A stretch of 64,000 bases of DNA from an uncultured delta proteobacterium (GCA_963711565.1 CAVQEQ010000001.1:544001-608000), one strand, 5' to 3'. Positions 20,669 to 32,040 are shown, counted from the stretch's first letter. The notes: generated by a model from the sequence alone, not told the origin. Made by a program: numbers and translations.

Positions 20669-22801
20669 TTAAGATCGACGAACATCTCCTGGCGCGTCGG
20701 CAAGGCAATTCAATATGAATTGATATTCCATTGCGGTCTCGCGCAGCCTCTGGAAGCGGCCGGACTTTCCGCCGTGGCCGGCTTCCATGTTGACCTTGAA
20801 CAGCAGTGGATTGCTGTCGGTCTTCGTCGCGCGGAGCTTTGCTACCCACTTGGCCGCCTCCCAATAGGGGACTTGCGAGTCCCATAGGCCACTCGTTACG
20901 AGCATCGCAGCGTAGGACCTCGGTTTTACGTTGTCGTAAGGTGAGTAGGACTTCATGTACTTGTAATACAGTTCATTTTTAGGATTGCCCCATTCGTCGA
21001 ATTCGTTGGTCGTCAGTGGAATCGACTCATCCAGCATTGTCGTTACTATGTCGACGAATGGCACGTTAGCTATGATGCCGCGATAGGTCTGTGGCGCGAG
21101 GTTCGCGATTGCGCCCATCAGCAAGCCGCCGGCGCTCGCGCCTTGCACGAAAACCTTGTCTCGTGCGGCGTACTTAATCCGTACAAGATACCTGGTCACC
21201 GCTATGAAGTCGGTGAAGGTGTGTTTCTTGGTAAGTAGCTTGCCGCCTGTGTACCATGCCCGACCCATTTCCTGGCCGCCGCGAACGTGAGCGATCGCTA
21301 CAACGAATCCACGATCCATCAGGCTGACCCAATTGTGCTGAAAGGCCGGGTCAGAGCATATGCCATACGAGCCATAGGCATACTGATAGAGAGGCGCATT
21401 GCCGTCCAGCTTCGTTCCTATCCGGTATGCTACGGAGACGGGAATCAAGGCGCCGTCGCTTGCGGTGGCGCGTAGATACTCAGTCTTGTAGTTGGCGGAC
21501 TCAAATCCTCCGAGGACAGGTTCAGTCTTCAGAATCACCTTCTCGTCGGAGGCCATGTCGTACTCGTAGGTTGTTCTTGGGGTTGTCAGCGAGGTGTAGA
21601 CATACCGGACTTTAGTCGATTCGATTCCCGGAGTCCGCATTAATTCCATCACGTAGGAAGGCTCCGATGAGCCGATCATGAAGTCCTTCCTGCCGTCCCA
21701 GGATTTCACACGCAACTTCATCAGGCCGCCAGAGCGCTCGTTCACCGCGACATAACTCTTGAACACCTCATAGGTCTGGATAAACGCGTCGGCGCTCGCC
21801 GGGATAACATTCTTCCATGTTGTCTTATCGGCGACCCTGGCGACTGGTGTACGAACGAGGCGGAAATTCTCCGCCTGCCAGTTGGTGCGCACGATGAAAT
21901 CGCTTCCAAGATGATCCACCTGATACTCATGATTAGGTTCGCGTGGAATTGCGGTCTTGAAAAGAAGTTTCGGGTTTCCGGCATCGACGTAGCGCCATTC
22001 GCTTTGCGTCGTGCTTCTAAGCGCGATGAACAAGTACTTCTCGGACTTGCTTCTGATCAGACCTATATAGAAGCTATGATCACGCTCCTCGTATAAGAGA
22101 GGATCTTTCGCAAGTCGGGAGCCGAGCTCGTGCTTGCGCACCCTGACTCCGAGCAAGGTGACGGGATCCTTCTCGACGTATAGCAGAGTCTTGTTGTCAT
22201 TCGCCCAAACCAGATTGGGCTGAATGTTATCGACGGTGTCCGCAAGCATCGCGCCAGTGTCGAGATTTTTCACCTTAAGCGTGTACTGGCGGCGGCCTAC
22301 AGTGTCTTCCGCGTATGCGAGCAGACGCCCATTCGGGCTGACCGACCATGCTCCTATCTGAAAGAAAGCCTTACCCGCCGCTAACGCATTGCCGTCGAGC
22401 ATAACGTGCTCGGGCGCGCTCATCGTGCGGCGGCGTCGCGCGTAGATTGGATACTCGCGCCCACTCTCATAGCGCACGTAGTACCACCACCTGCGGCGTA
22501 GGACAGGCACGGAGGCGTCGTCCTGCTTGATGCGCCCGACGAGTTCCCCGTATAGCTCATCCTGAAGCGTACGCGAGGCCGCTAGCATCGAGTCAGTGTA
22601 GGTGTTCTCCGCGTTGAGATAGGCCAGTACTTCCTTCGCCTTACGAGTGTCGTCGCGTAACCAGTAGTAGTCATCTTTGCGCGAGCCATTGGGCGAAGGC
22701 ACCTGATGCGGCTTCCTGGCTGCAATCGGTGGCGATAGGACGGTAGCTCGAGGGGCGACCGCAGGTCGCGCGACGGTATGCGGCATGGCCTCCTTTTTCA
22801 T
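20669..22801 (-). CDS. ptrB: Oligopeptidase B (S9A prolyl oligopeptidase family)
   Basis: DDYYWLRD, YGSYG, GASAGG nucleophile, DSQVPYWE, AGHGG; start trimmed to ATG 22801 (or 22786). Confidence 0.9.
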   Translation of the reverse strand: MKKEAMPHTVARPAVAPRATVLSPPIAARKPHQVPSPNGSRKDDYYWLRDDTRKAKEVLAYLNAENTYTDSMLAASRTLQDELYGELVGRIKQDDASVPVLRRRWWYYVRYESGREYPIYARRRRTMSAPEHVMLDGNALAAGKAFFQIGAWSVSPNGRLLAYAEDTVGRRQYTLKVKNLDTGAMLADTVDNIQPNLVWANDNKTLLYVEKDPVTLLGVRVRKHELGSRLAKDPLLYEERDHSFYIGLIRSKSEKYLFIALRSTTQSEWRYVDAGNPKLLFKTAIPREPNHEYQVDHLGSDFIVRTNWQAENFRLVRTPVARVADKTTWKNVIPASADAFIQTYEVFKSYVAVNERSGGLMKLRVKSWDGRKDFMIGSSEPSYVMELMRTPGIESTKVRYVYTSLTTPRTTYEYDMASDEKVILKTEPVLGGFESANYKTEYLRATASDGALIPVSVAYRIGTKLDGNAPLYQYAYGSYGICSDPAFQHNWVSLMDRGFVVAIAHVRGGQEMGRAWYTGGKLLTKKHTFTDFIAVTRYLVRIKYAARDKVFVQGASAGGLLMGAIANLAPQTYRGIIANVPFVDIVTTMLDESIPLTTNEFDEWGNPKNELYYKYMKSYSPYDNVKPRSYAAMLVTSGLWDSQVPYWEAAKWVAKLRATKTDSNPLLFKVNMEAGHGGKSGRFQRLRETAMEYQFILNCLADAPGDVRRS

Positions 22802-23412
22802 TGCTGACCCAGCATTCGCATTCCAAACAACAGGCGCTGGGCTCCGGTGGCAACCTCGAGCGCGGCCATCGCATAGCAGAGGATCGGGCCTAGCGGCCGA
22901 GTGATCGCGGTCGTTTCCAAGAGTCCCAGTACCATAAAGAAGATTATGGCTTCGGTGCGTTCGAGGATTCCGGGAGGGTACTCGATCAATTTTGCGCTGG
23001 GACCTTCGAGCGCCGCTCCTACCGCCAAGAATATCGTGATATTCACGTACCAGGTTGCTACCAGAATTAGCGCGGGGAAATAGAGGGCGGGGTCGCGCCA
23101 TGCGATGCCGACTATTACGCAGGCCTCGACGACGCGATCGGCCGACAGATCGAGCACGCCGCCAAGCGGGCTGGCCGCGGCGCATTCGCGCGCGATGGTG
23201 CCGTCGAGGGCGTCACAGGCGGCACTGATTGCGAGGGACGCGATAGCCCACGTCACGTGCTCGCGCGCGAACGCGATGCCGGAAGCGATGCCGGCGAGCG
23301 CGGCGAGAGTCGTCGCGACGTTGGCGCTGATGCCGAGGCGAAAGAGCGCGCGGGCGCATCGCGATTGCGCGCGCTTGATGTCGGGGTTCGCACCTAGGAT
23401 CGTATCGAGCAT
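22798..23412 (-). CDS. CDP-alcohol phosphatidyltransferase family protein
   Basis: DALDGTIAR...GGVLDLSADR signature; multiple TM segments. Confidence 0.88.
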   Translation of the reverse strand: MLDTILGANPDIKRAQSRCARALFRLGISANVATTLAALAGIASGIAFAREHVTWAIASLAISAACDALDGTIARECAAASPLGGVLDLSADRVVEACVIVGIAWRDPALYFPALILVATWYVNITIFLAVGAALEGPSAKLIEYPPGILERTEAIIFFMVLGLLETTAITRPLGPILCYAMAALEVATGAQRLLFGMRMLGQQ

Positions 23413-23474
23413 CGGATAGCCTTAATCGTGCGGCTGGCGCGCGGATTGCCAGCCGAGTTAACGTTCCAGACAGG

Positions 23475-24296
23475 ATGCGTGTTGGCAAGGGCATGATTGC
23501 AATGGGTAATCGAGGATGGATGGTCGCGGCGCTCGCGATAGTGCTGACTGTCGCGTGCGCGCGGTTCGCGTTCTCAGAGAATACCCTCAGCTTTCCGCCG
23601 ACCAATTTTGCGATACTGAATCCCGATACCCGCGCCGCGATCGGGCAAAGCCATTATCGCCTCGAAAGTACTCCCGACGGCGCCATGTTGCGCGGCGACA
23701 ATGGATACTTTGACGGTCAGATCGATATCGAGACGGCGCAGATCCGGTTGGGAGCAGGCGGCGGGCAGCCGCGGCTGACCGAATTCGACCACACCTTCTA
23801 CAACGCCGACAGGTCGCTTCTGATACGAGCTCATCTGGATGTGCAAATGGGCGCCGCAACTTGTATCGACAACACCGGTGGGCAGAACAGCGACCGTTCC
23901 GAGGTGCTCAGAATCCCGGACGACACCTGGGCGGGCGCGAGCATCGTGATTCCGATCCGCGATTTTTTGCGGGCGGGCGACAAGGGCGTGAGCCGTCCCC
24001 TGCACGTCTTCAGCTGCACGCCGGGCCCAAAGATTTACGCGATCAGCGTGAATATCGACCCGGGAAATGCGGTGTGGACGGCTTACGGGGCGGAGGCAAG
24101 ACGAGTCGAAGTGCATCCGGATTTTGGAGTGTTCAACTTCGTCGTCGCAGCCTTCGTGCCGAAGCTGCATGCGTGGTTCGATCCGAACGACGGGTGGGCG
24201 TTCGTCGGCGACGAGGCCGGCCGCTACTACAAGGGCCCGCCTATCATGCTCGTAAAGACACGCGACGGGCAGGACGGCGCGCGCCGATCGAAATAG
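23475..24296 (+). CDS. Hypothetical exported protein
   Basis: Signal-peptide-like N-terminus; beta-rich body; start uncertain. Confidence 0.6.
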   Translation: MRVGKGMIAMGNRGWMVAALAIVLTVACARFAFSENTLSFPPTNFAILNPDTRAAIGQSHYRLESTPDGAMLRGDNGYFDGQIDIETAQIRLGAGGGQPRLTEFDHTFYNADRSLLIRAHLDVQMGAATCIDNTGGQNSDRSEVLRIPDDTWAGASIVIPIRDFLRAGDKGVSRPLHVFSCTPGPKIYAISVNIDPGNAVWTAYGAEARRVEVHPDFGVFNFVVAAFVPKLHAWFDPNDGWAFVGDEAGRYYKGPPIMLVKTRDGQDGARRSK

Positions 24297-24320
24297 CGGA
24301 ATCGCATTCCTGAACCGTAT

Positions 24321-24536
24321 CTAAAAGTGGACGATGCCCTCGCCCTCGACATGGCGCGCGGTCTTCGAGGCTTTGGGCTTTCGATATTGAAACGAGATCT
24401 TGCACCGCGGGCAGATGCCTTCGGGCTGCTGGCCGCCGCGACGGACGAGTTTGATGTAACGCACGGTTCCGTCGTCGCACAGATGACCCGCGACGGGGAA
24501 GTCGTAAACGGTGCGGACCGTGATTTTCTCGCTCAT
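24321..24536 (-). CDS. Small hypothetical protein with HxC...CPRC possible metal site
   Basis: MSEKITVRTVYDFPVAGHLCDDG...ICPRCKISF; start trimmed to ATG 24536. Confidence 0.5.
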   Translation of the reverse strand: MSEKITVRTVYDFPVAGHLCDDGTVRYIKLVRRGGQQPEGICPRCKISFQYRKPKASKTARHVEGEGIVHF

Positions 24537-24703
24537 TATTCCGTGGCGCTCCTCGAGTAGTAGTCTCGCATGCTTATAGTTACGCGCGACGATTTTTTTC
24601 GTTTCATTCCACGATTGCGCAGACCGAGAACGAACTCGGATTAAACACCATAATGAAATTGCGGCCTCGATCAATCCTTTTGACGATCAATCTCAAAAAA
24701 ACT

Positions 24704-27483
24704 TTATCGTCTGCGGCGCTGGGCGCGCACCTCGAACGTGACGATCTCGAACGGCTTGAGTTCGAGCGTGATTGAGCCGTCGCGCGAGCGCTTGAGGCCG
24801 GCGCGCTTCACCGAGCGTCCGGCGAGATCGACAATGCGCGCGCTGCCGCTGGCGGCGAAGGCGAAACGGGCACCCTCCGGCGTCGGCGACGCGCTGTACG
24901 CGCGTACTTTGTAGGAGCCCGCGCGCGCGAGCGGTCGGGCCGTCGAAAAAATCACCTGCGAATTGTTGCAGCTCAGCAACGAGACGGCGGAGGCGCTATC
25001 GTCGCGACGGCCGACAAAAACTCGCGGCGGCGACGTGTACGTCTCGACCCGTTGGATCAGTCCGCCGTCGAGATAGCTGCCGCGAAAGGTTGCGACCGCG
25101 AATTCGAAGCGATGCGCGCCCGGTTCCTGGGCGTCGGGAGTCGTGAGCTCGGGCCCGGCCCCGCCGCGGCGCGTCGCGAGATCGGAACGCGACAGCCACC
25201 CGACGCATCGGAGCAGAGTCAGGAGAATCGTCGAGCCCGCGGATTCGGGCCGCGCCTCGACCTCGAGGATGCCGCGGCTGACGAGCGCGGCCGAGAAGTC
25301 GGCGCCTTCGACGGCGGTGAATGTCCGATGAGGCACGGTGGGATAGATGTCTTCGGTGCCGCGCGGCTCGGACGGCGCGAGCGCGCGGCGGATTACGCCG
25401 AAGCTGGTGTCGTGTACGGAGTCGGCGGCGGCGATTGGCGTCCGCAATGCGGCGCGCAGGCGATGGTCGCGCGATCGATTGCTGACGTCGGCGATAAAAT
25501 CGACGCGGTCGAGGCCCTCGTAGAGCGTCGCGGTGAGGACGACGTCGAGTTGCTTCAGTTGCGGCGAGCGCGCGGTTCGATCCGCCGTGAGCGCCGCCGG
25601 CACGTCGAACGTCATCGAGAGTTCGAGTCGCTTGCGCACAGGACCGTCGTCGATGACGCTCGCGGAAATCGACGCGGGATTCGCGATTGCTGCGCCGTCG
25701 CCGACGGGATCGTAGTTGTACTCGTCGCCGCGATCGCCGTCGTCTTCGAAATACAACTCCAGCGCCGCGTTGCGCGAGAGATCGCGAATCTCGAGGCCTC
25801 GCGGCGTCGGCGTCAGCCGGAAGAACTCGTTCTCAATCGACGCGACCGGCTCGGGATTCGGAGGGGCGGCGGCGGAATCGTCGCGAACGAGCCGATAGAA
25901 GCTGAATCCCGCTTGCGTGAGATCGTCGGCGACGAAATTGACGGTGCATCGCGCGGCGCTGGTCGCATGGATGCGCATCGTACCCGAATCGGGAACACGA
26001 GTGCGAATCGCGTCCTTGAATTCTTCGAGATTCAGATCGCTGAACGCGGCCCGGCTCACGAAAAGGTTCACCTGCGGGCGGCCGTCAGGCGCGGCGGCAA
26101 TCTCGAAGCGATTGACCGTGCGGCCGAATACGCTCGGCTGGCTCAAGCCGCCGACTATCGATTTGAACTCGGCCGCCGGCATGTCGGAATCGAGCGCGCG
26201 CTGCTCGCGGGCGGCGTCGAGCGCGACAGGAATGCGTCGGCCGTCGGAAGTCTCGACAGCATAGCGCGCGGCCGGATCGGCGATTTCGGCCTCGCCGCTT
26301 ACGAGTGCGCATCGCGCGAACGACGGGTTGAACACCGCGATTTCGGACGCGTCGATGTTGCGGGAATTGAGGCATGCGGCGGCAGCGCGGCGCACGGCCG
26401 TCTCGGTCAGCATCGCCGCCTGATCGAATCGATAGCGCATGTCGATATGCACCTGGTTGACCGAGCATCCGCAAATCGAATCATGAGGATGGTTCTGAAT
26501 TTCGGTGCGCCACGCCATGTCGAGAAATGCGTCGAGGCCGCGCCGCGCCCGAATGTGTTGGCGAGCGCGGCGAGCGGATCGGCGTAACGCTCGAGCGCGC
26601 GGCAATTCTCGAAGTCGCGCTGCTTGATCCACGTGCGCGCGGAAGTGACGCCGGGCAGCAGATGCGAGCGCAGGGGAGAGCGTAGTTCGCCGAGATGACG
26701 CGGCGTGCCGTCGAGCGGAAGATCGGCGAGGCGGCGGACGTAGTTCTCGAGCGAGCCGATCTCGAAGGTCATCGCGGAGATCTCGCGCGCCTCGTTGATT
26801 CGCGCGGAGAGGCGCGCGTCGGGCTCGGCGTGGTCGGTGCCGGTCATCACGAGGATTGGCGTGCCGGCGGCGAAATCGCGCTCGCGGCTCGCGATCCGTT
26901 CGGCACGCGCGACGAAGCTGTCGACCGATTCGAGCGGCAGATTCGCGCCGTTCGAGTAGCCGTTGGGCATATAGACCGTCAGCACCGAACTGCCGTCGAG
27001 CGCCTCCCAGGTGAAGCGATTGCGATTGACGTCCGCGCCGACGCCGCGCCAAAGCACCGCGGTCGTGAATCCAAAGCCGGCAAGAATCTGCGGCATCTGC
27101 GCGATGTGCCCAAACTGATCAGGCAGGTAGCCGACGTCGAGCGGACGGCCGAAGCGGTGCGCGATAGCCATGCCAATTTCGAGATTGCGAATGAGCGACT
27201 CGCCGCTGACCAGGAAACTGTCGGCGAGCACGTACCACGGCCCGACCTGGATTTTGCCGGCGCGAATCAGGCTGCGCAGCCGCGCCTCTGCGCGCGGGCG
27301 CATCTCCAGATAATCGTCGAGCACGATGGTCTGTCCATCGAAGTGAAACGACGGGATCGTGCCTCGCTCGACCAGCGGGATCATGCGATCGGCCATCGTG
27401 ACCAGCCGCGCGCGCATCTGCTGAAACGGCTGATACCATTCGCGATCCCAATGCGTATGAACGACGAAATACAGTTGATCCAT
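24704..27483 (-). pseudogene. GH38 alpha-mannosidase/mannosylglycerate hydrolase-like gene, split by a 1-nt frameshift near 26538
   Basis: N-part VVHTHWDREWY, DGQT, GPWYVLAD, YLPDQFGH, GTDH; C-part in another frame AWRTEIQNHPHDSICGCS, DRGDEYNY, LTLLRCVGWLSR. Confidence 0.85.
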
Positions 27484-27494
27484 AAATTTGCTGC

Positions 27495-27941
27495 TCAGGC
27501 GGGTCGCCGTGGAACGAGAATTTTGCGGCGCAGGATCATTATTTCTTCGCGGCGCTGATTGAGGCCGCGCGTCTCGACGTAGATAACGCCGCGATCGGTC
27601 TTCGATTTCGACGCGGTGGTTTCGAGCACCGTCGTCTCCGAATACAGCGTGTCGCCGGCGAACGTCGGGCCGGTGTGACGCACCGATTCGTACTCGAGGT
27701 TCGCGATCGCGTTCTCGCTCACGTCCTTCACGCTCATGCCCACGACTGTCGCCATCACCAGCAGCCCATTGACCAGCGGCCGGCCATGCTGCGTCGTCGC
27801 GGCGTACGCGGCGTCGAAGTGAAGCGGGTTGGTGTTCATCGTCATCAGCGTGAACCAGGTGTTGTCGAACTCCGTGATAGTGCGGCCCGGCCAATGCTTG
27901 AAAGTCTGGCCGGTGATGAAGTCCTCGAAGTAACGATTCAT
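27495..27941 (-). CDS. MaoC-family (hot-dog fold) dehydratase
   Basis: YFEDF..GQ, GRTITE, NPLHFD, PTFAGDTL. Confidence 0.88.
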   Translation of the reverse strand: MNRYFEDFITGQTFKHWPGRTITEFDNTWFTLMTMNTNPLHFDAAYAATTQHGRPLVNGLLVMATVVGMSVKDVSENAIANLEYESVRHTGPTFAGDTLYSETTVLETTASKSKTDRGVIYVETRGLNQRREEIMILRRKILVPRRPA

Positions 27942-28016
27942 GGAGTGCGACGCCTTGTCGGGAATTATACGACAGACGCGCCGGTTGCAATTGATTGTGC
28001 TAGCTTCGTCGAGTCG

Positions 28017-29504
28017 ATGGCGCAGCTTACGAAATTACTCGTCGCAAATCGCGGCGAGATTGCGCTTCGGATCATCCGCAGCGCGCGCCTCTTCGGCCTC
28101 AAAACTGTCGCGGTCTATTCGGCGGCGGACGCGAAAAGCGCACACGTCGGCGCGGCTGACGAGGCGACAGCGATCGGACCTGCCGAGGCCGCCAAGAGCT
28201 ACCTCGACATCGCGGCAATAATCGCAGCCGCAAAGAAGTCGCGTGCCGACGCGATTCACCCCGGCTACGGATTTCTCTCCGAGCGTCCCGAATTCGCGCA
28301 AGCCGCGGCCGATGCGCAGATCGTGTTCGTCGGACCGCGGCCGGAAGTCATGGCGGCGCTCGGCGACAAGGTCGCGGCGCGGCGAATCGCGGTCGCGGCG
28401 GGAGTCCCGGTCGTGCCGGGAATCGAGATTGCGGAAATCCCCGCGGCGCGCGAGTTTGCGGCAGTCGCCGGATATCCGATCCTGATCAAGGCTGCCGCGG
28501 GAGGAGGCGGACGCGGAATGCGCGTCGTCGCCGAAGCGGCGCAGCTCGAGAGCGCTCTGGAAGCGGCTGCGCGCGAAGCGGCCGCGGCATTCGGTGACGG
28601 GCGGATTTTTGTCGAAAAATATCTGGCGCATCCGCGGCATATCGAAATACAAATTCTCGGCGACGAGCACGGCAATATAGTCGCGCTCGGCGAGCGCGAT
28701 TGCTCGATCCAGCGGCGGCATCAGAAGATTATCGAGGAATCGCCCGCGCCGGGACTTTCGAGCGCAATGCGCGCGACGATAATCGAGGCGGCGCTGAAAC
28801 TCGCGAGCGCGGCTCATTACACCAACGCCGGCACGGTGGAGTTTCTGGTCGAGGACGACAACTTCTACTTCCTCGAGGTCAACGCGCGCCTGCAAGTCGA
28901 ACATCCGGTGACCGAGATGCGGTTTGGATGCGACCTGGTATGCGAGCAGTTGCGGATCGCGTCGGGCGGCAAGGTATCGGAGCCGGCGGCTCCGAGCGGT
29001 GCGGCGATCGAATGCCGAATCAACGCCGAGGATCCCGAGCATGATTTCCGTCCCGCGACGGGAACCGTGCTTCATCTGAATGTTCCCGGCGGCCCAGGCG
29101 TCCGCTTCGATTCGCACATGACGCGCGGCGCCGAAGTGACGCCATGGTACGACGGTCTGCTCGGCAAGCTCGTCTGTTACGGCGCGAATCGCGAGGAGGC
29201 GCGCGGACGGCTCGTCAATGCGCTCAGCGAATTCGCGCTGCTGGGAGTGACGAACAACGCGGCGTACCTGCGCGACATTATTGCGAGCGAGCAATTTCGC
29301 GACGCGAAACTCTCGACGCACTTCATCGACGAATTCTTTTCGCAATGGAAGATCAGTGCCGCCGAGATAGATGCCGCGATTGTCGCGGCCGCGATCACCG
29401 CCGGAGATCGGCAACCTGAAGGCGTTGCGTCAGGAGCCGGCGCCGGGCGTCGTTCGCCATGGGACGGTCTGAACAACTTCGAGCTGTGGGGATCGCGGCG
29501 ATGA
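28017..29504 (+). CDS. Biotin carboxylase subunit of an acyl-CoA carboxylase
   Basis: KLLVANRGEIA, HPGYGFLSE, KAAAGGGGRG, RDCSIQRRHQK, EVNARLQVEH; start ATG 28017. Confidence 0.92.
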   Translation: MAQLTKLLVANRGEIALRIIRSARLFGLKTVAVYSAADAKSAHVGAADEATAIGPAEAAKSYLDIAAIIAAAKKSRADAIHPGYGFLSERPEFAQAAADAQIVFVGPRPEVMAALGDKVAARRIAVAAGVPVVPGIEIAEIPAAREFAAVAGYPILIKAAAGGGGRGMRVVAEAAQLESALEAAAREAAAAFGDGRIFVEKYLAHPRHIEIQILGDEHGNIVALGERDCSIQRRHQKIIEESPAPGLSSAMRATIIEAALKLASAAHYTNAGTVEFLVEDDNFYFLEVNARLQVEHPVTEMRFGCDLVCEQLRIASGGKVSEPAAPSGAAIECRINAEDPEHDFRPATGTVLHLNVPGGPGVRFDSHMTRGAEVTPWYDGLLGKLVCYGANREEARGRLVNALSEFALLGVTNNAAYLRDIIASEQFRDAKLSTHFIDEFFSQWKISAAEIDAAIVAAAITAGDRQPEGVASGAGAGRRSPWDGLNNFELWGSRR

Positions 29505-30031
29505 AGCTAACGCGCGAGGGTGATTCGCACGAGATCGACGCCGAGGTGATCTCGCGCGACAGCAGCACAATACGCGTCCGTATCGGAGGCCGCGAAGTCA
29601 TCGCGGAGTTCTCTCCGAATGCCGACGGTGGCGGGATTCTTGCCCTCGGCGGCCAGCGCTACCAGATCTTTGGCGCACGGCGAAAGGAATCGATCTTCGT
29701 CTCAGTCGGCCCGGCGTCCTTCGAGTTCAGGCCCGCGGAAGCGGCTGCTCGACGCCGCGCACGGGGGCTCGCGGCGGCCGAAATCACTGCGCCGATGCCG
29801 GGAAAGGTGCTCAAAGTGCTCGTCCGCGACGGCGACCTAGTCGAAGCGGGACAGGCGCTCGTCGTGATCGAAGCGATGAAAATGGAAACGACGCTCGCCG
29901 CCGAGAGCGCGGCACTCGTGAAACATGTTCGCGTCGAGGAGGGGCAGACCGTCGATCACGGCGCGGTGCTGATCGAGCTTAGCCCTCCGCCGGCTTCATC
30001 AGGTCGCGAATCTGGGCCTCTAGAGTCGTGA
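29501..30031 (+). CDS. Biotin carboxyl carrier protein subunit
   Basis: APMPGKV and EAMKME biotinylation motif; ATGA overlap with upstream gene. Confidence 0.9.
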   Translation: MKLTREGDSHEIDAEVISRDSSTIRVRIGGREVIAEFSPNADGGGILALGGQRYQIFGARRKESIFVSVGPASFEFRPAEAAARRRARGLAAAEITAPMPGKVLKVLVRDGDLVEAGQALVVIEAMKMETTLAAESAALVKHVRVEEGQTVDHGAVLIELSPPPASSGRESGPLES

Positions 30032-30218
30032 TCCAATCCTCGAAGTCGCCGTCGCGCTCGACCACAATCTCGAGCTTGCCGTTTTTCAAAATCGAAACTC
30101 GCCCCGGATGCTCGGTGCGCAGCGGAATCTCAACCGCCTCGCGCGAGATTCCCATCGGATCGATCACCGCGAAGATCCTCTCGATTTCTTTCAGTGTGAC
30201 GGCATTGAGCATGTGCAT
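29979..30218 (-). CDS. Small hypothetical protein
   Basis: Globular-looking 79-aa ORF with host-like codon usage, divergent from the cold-shock gene. Confidence 0.6.
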   Translation of the reverse strand: MHMLNAVTLKEIERIFAVIDPMGISREAVEIPLRTEHPGRVSILKNGKLEIVVERDGDFEDWITTLEAQIRDLMKPAEG

Positions 30219-30299
30219 GCCTCGCGCGAGTACGTCTTTACTTAAATTGTCAGCGTCGTAAGCTCAAGGCGCGCACAATTTTGTTCGGGGGAGGATCGC

Positions 30300-30503
30300 G
30301 TGTTCGGAACAATCAAGAAGGTAGTCAAGGACAAGGGCTTCGGCTTCATCATCGCGGACGACGGCGGCGACGAAGTTTTCTTCCATCGCTCGGCGCTGTC
30401 GCCCAAGGTCTATTTCGACGACCTGCGCGAGGGCAACGAAGTTCAGTTCGACGTGCGCTCGGGTGAGAAGGGCCGCCAGGCATTCAACCTGCGCCTGCGA
30501 TAA
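30300..30503 (+). CDS. Cold-shock domain protein
   Basis: GTIK..KGFGFI, VFFHRSA, EGNEVQF; GGGGAGG SD before GTG. Confidence 0.9.
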   Translation: MFGTIKKVVKDKGFGFIIADDGGDEVFFHRSALSPKVYFDDLREGNEVQFDVRSGEKGRQAFNLRLR

Positions 30504-30504
30504 C

Positions 30505-32028
30505 TCATCGCGTGAGCGCAAACCAGCTCTTCATCATGCCTGCGACGAACGGCGTTAGCCGCGTGCGCGTGTAGAGTCCGGCGGCGCGGCGAATCGCGTC
30601 GGCCTGCGTCGGGTATGGATGTATCACGTCGCCGAGACTGCCCAGGCCCACGCCGGCTTTGATCGCGGTCGTGAGCTCCGAGATGATCTCGCCGGCGTGA
30701 CTCGCCACTATCGTCGCACCAATGATCCGATCGCTGCCCTCCTTCACCAGCACTTTCACGAAGCCGTCGGTTTCTCCGTCGAGCACGGCGCGATCGACCT
30801 CCTTCAGTTCCTGCGTGTAGGTCGCGACCGCGATTCCGCGCTCCTTCGCCTCGGCTTCGTAGAGTCCGACGTGCGCAATTTCGGGATCCGTGTAAGTACA
30901 CCATGGAATAGTCAGTTGGCTCGCGCGCTGGCGGCCGAAGAATAGTGCGTTGCGGATGATGATGCGCGCGTGCGCGTCGGCCACGTGAGTAAACTTGTAT
31001 GGCGATGCGACGTCGCCGCCCGCGTACACCAGCGGATTTGTCGTACGCAGGTGGTCATCGACCTTCACGCCGTTCTGCTTGTCGTATTCGATCATCGCGG
31101 CTTCGAGATTCAGTCCCTCGACCGCCGGGACTCGCCCAACCCCGATCAAAATCGCGTCGGTAGAGATCTCGCGGCGGACACCGTCGCGTTCGGTCGCGAG
31201 TATTCTTTCGCCACCGCGCATCTCGACGCTGGAAATTTTGCATCCCGTCATGATCTCCACGCCGTCGCGGACGATCGCGCGCTCGACCCGCTCGGCGGCG
31301 TCGCGATCTTCGCGAATCAAAATTTGCGGCGCGACTTCCAGCAACGTGACCTGCGCGCCGAAGCGCGCGAAGGTTTGCGCGAGCTCGCACCCGATCGGTC
31401 CCGCGCCAATCACGGCGATTCGCCGCGGCAATTCGGTCAGCGAAAAGACCGTCTCGTTGGTCAGGTAGCCGGCCTCGGCAAGGCCCGGAATCGGGATCGA
31501 TGCGGCGCGCGCTCCGGTTGTGACCGCCGCCTTCTTGAATTTGAGCCGCTTGCCGTCAACCTCGACGCAATCGGGCGCGACAAAATGTCCGTCGCCGATA
31601 AACACGTTGACGCCCAAGCCGCGGAATCGGTTGGCCGAGTCGGTTGGGCTGAGCTCGGCGCGCAGCTTGCGCATCCGCTCCATCACGGCCGGAAAATTTA
31701 CGTGCACTCCCGGCGGGACTTCGATGCCGAAGCGCGCCGCGTCGCGTACCGCCGCGGCCGCGCGCGCCGATCGGATCAGCGCCTTCGACGGCACGCATCC
31801 GAAATTCAGGCAATCTCCGCCCATCAGGTCGCGCTCGACCAGCGCGACCTTCGCACCGAGGATTGCCGCGCCCGCGGCCGTCACCAGGCCCGCCGTGCCG
31901 GCGCCTATCACCACCATGTTGTAGCGGTCGGCTGGCGCGGGGTTGACCCATCCACTGGGATGCAGGTTTTCCGTCAGCGCGAGGTTGTATGCGTCGAGCG
32001 GCTCATGCTTCAGCGCGTGCGATCCCAT
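30505..32028 (-). CDS. Pyridine nucleotide-disulfide oxidoreductase (mercuric-reductase-like family)
   Basis: GAGTAG, GGDCLNFGCVPSK, GAGPIGCE, HPYPT; no C-terminal Cys-Cys. Confidence 0.88.
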   Translation of the reverse strand: MGSHALKHEPLDAYNLALTENLHPSGWVNPAPADRYNMVVIGAGTAGLVTAAGAAILGAKVALVERDLMGGDCLNFGCVPSKALIRSARAAAAVRDAARFGIEVPPGVHVNFPAVMERMRKLRAELSPTDSANRFRGLGVNVFIGDGHFVAPDCVEVDGKRLKFKKAAVTTGARAASIPIPGLAEAGYLTNETVFSLTELPRRIAVIGAGPIGCELAQTFARFGAQVTLLEVAPQILIREDRDAAERVERAIVRDGVEIMTGCKISSVEMRGGERILATERDGVRREISTDAILIGVGRVPAVEGLNLEAAMIEYDKQNGVKVDDHLRTTNPLVYAGGDVASPYKFTHVADAHARIIIRNALFFGRQRASQLTIPWCTYTDPEIAHVGLYEAEAKERGIAVATYTQELKEVDRAVLDGETDGFVKVLVKEGSDRIIGATIVASHAGEIISELTTAIKAGVGLGSLGDVIHPYPTQADAIRRAAGLYTRTRLTPFVAGMMKSWFALTR

Positions 32029-32040
32029 CGAATTGTGTCC

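Noticed and set aside
30505-32028. Mercury resistance (merA)
   Set aside because: Lacks the C-terminal Cys-Cys pair and any mer operon genes; pairing with a TVP38/DedA gene is a common non-mer arrangement
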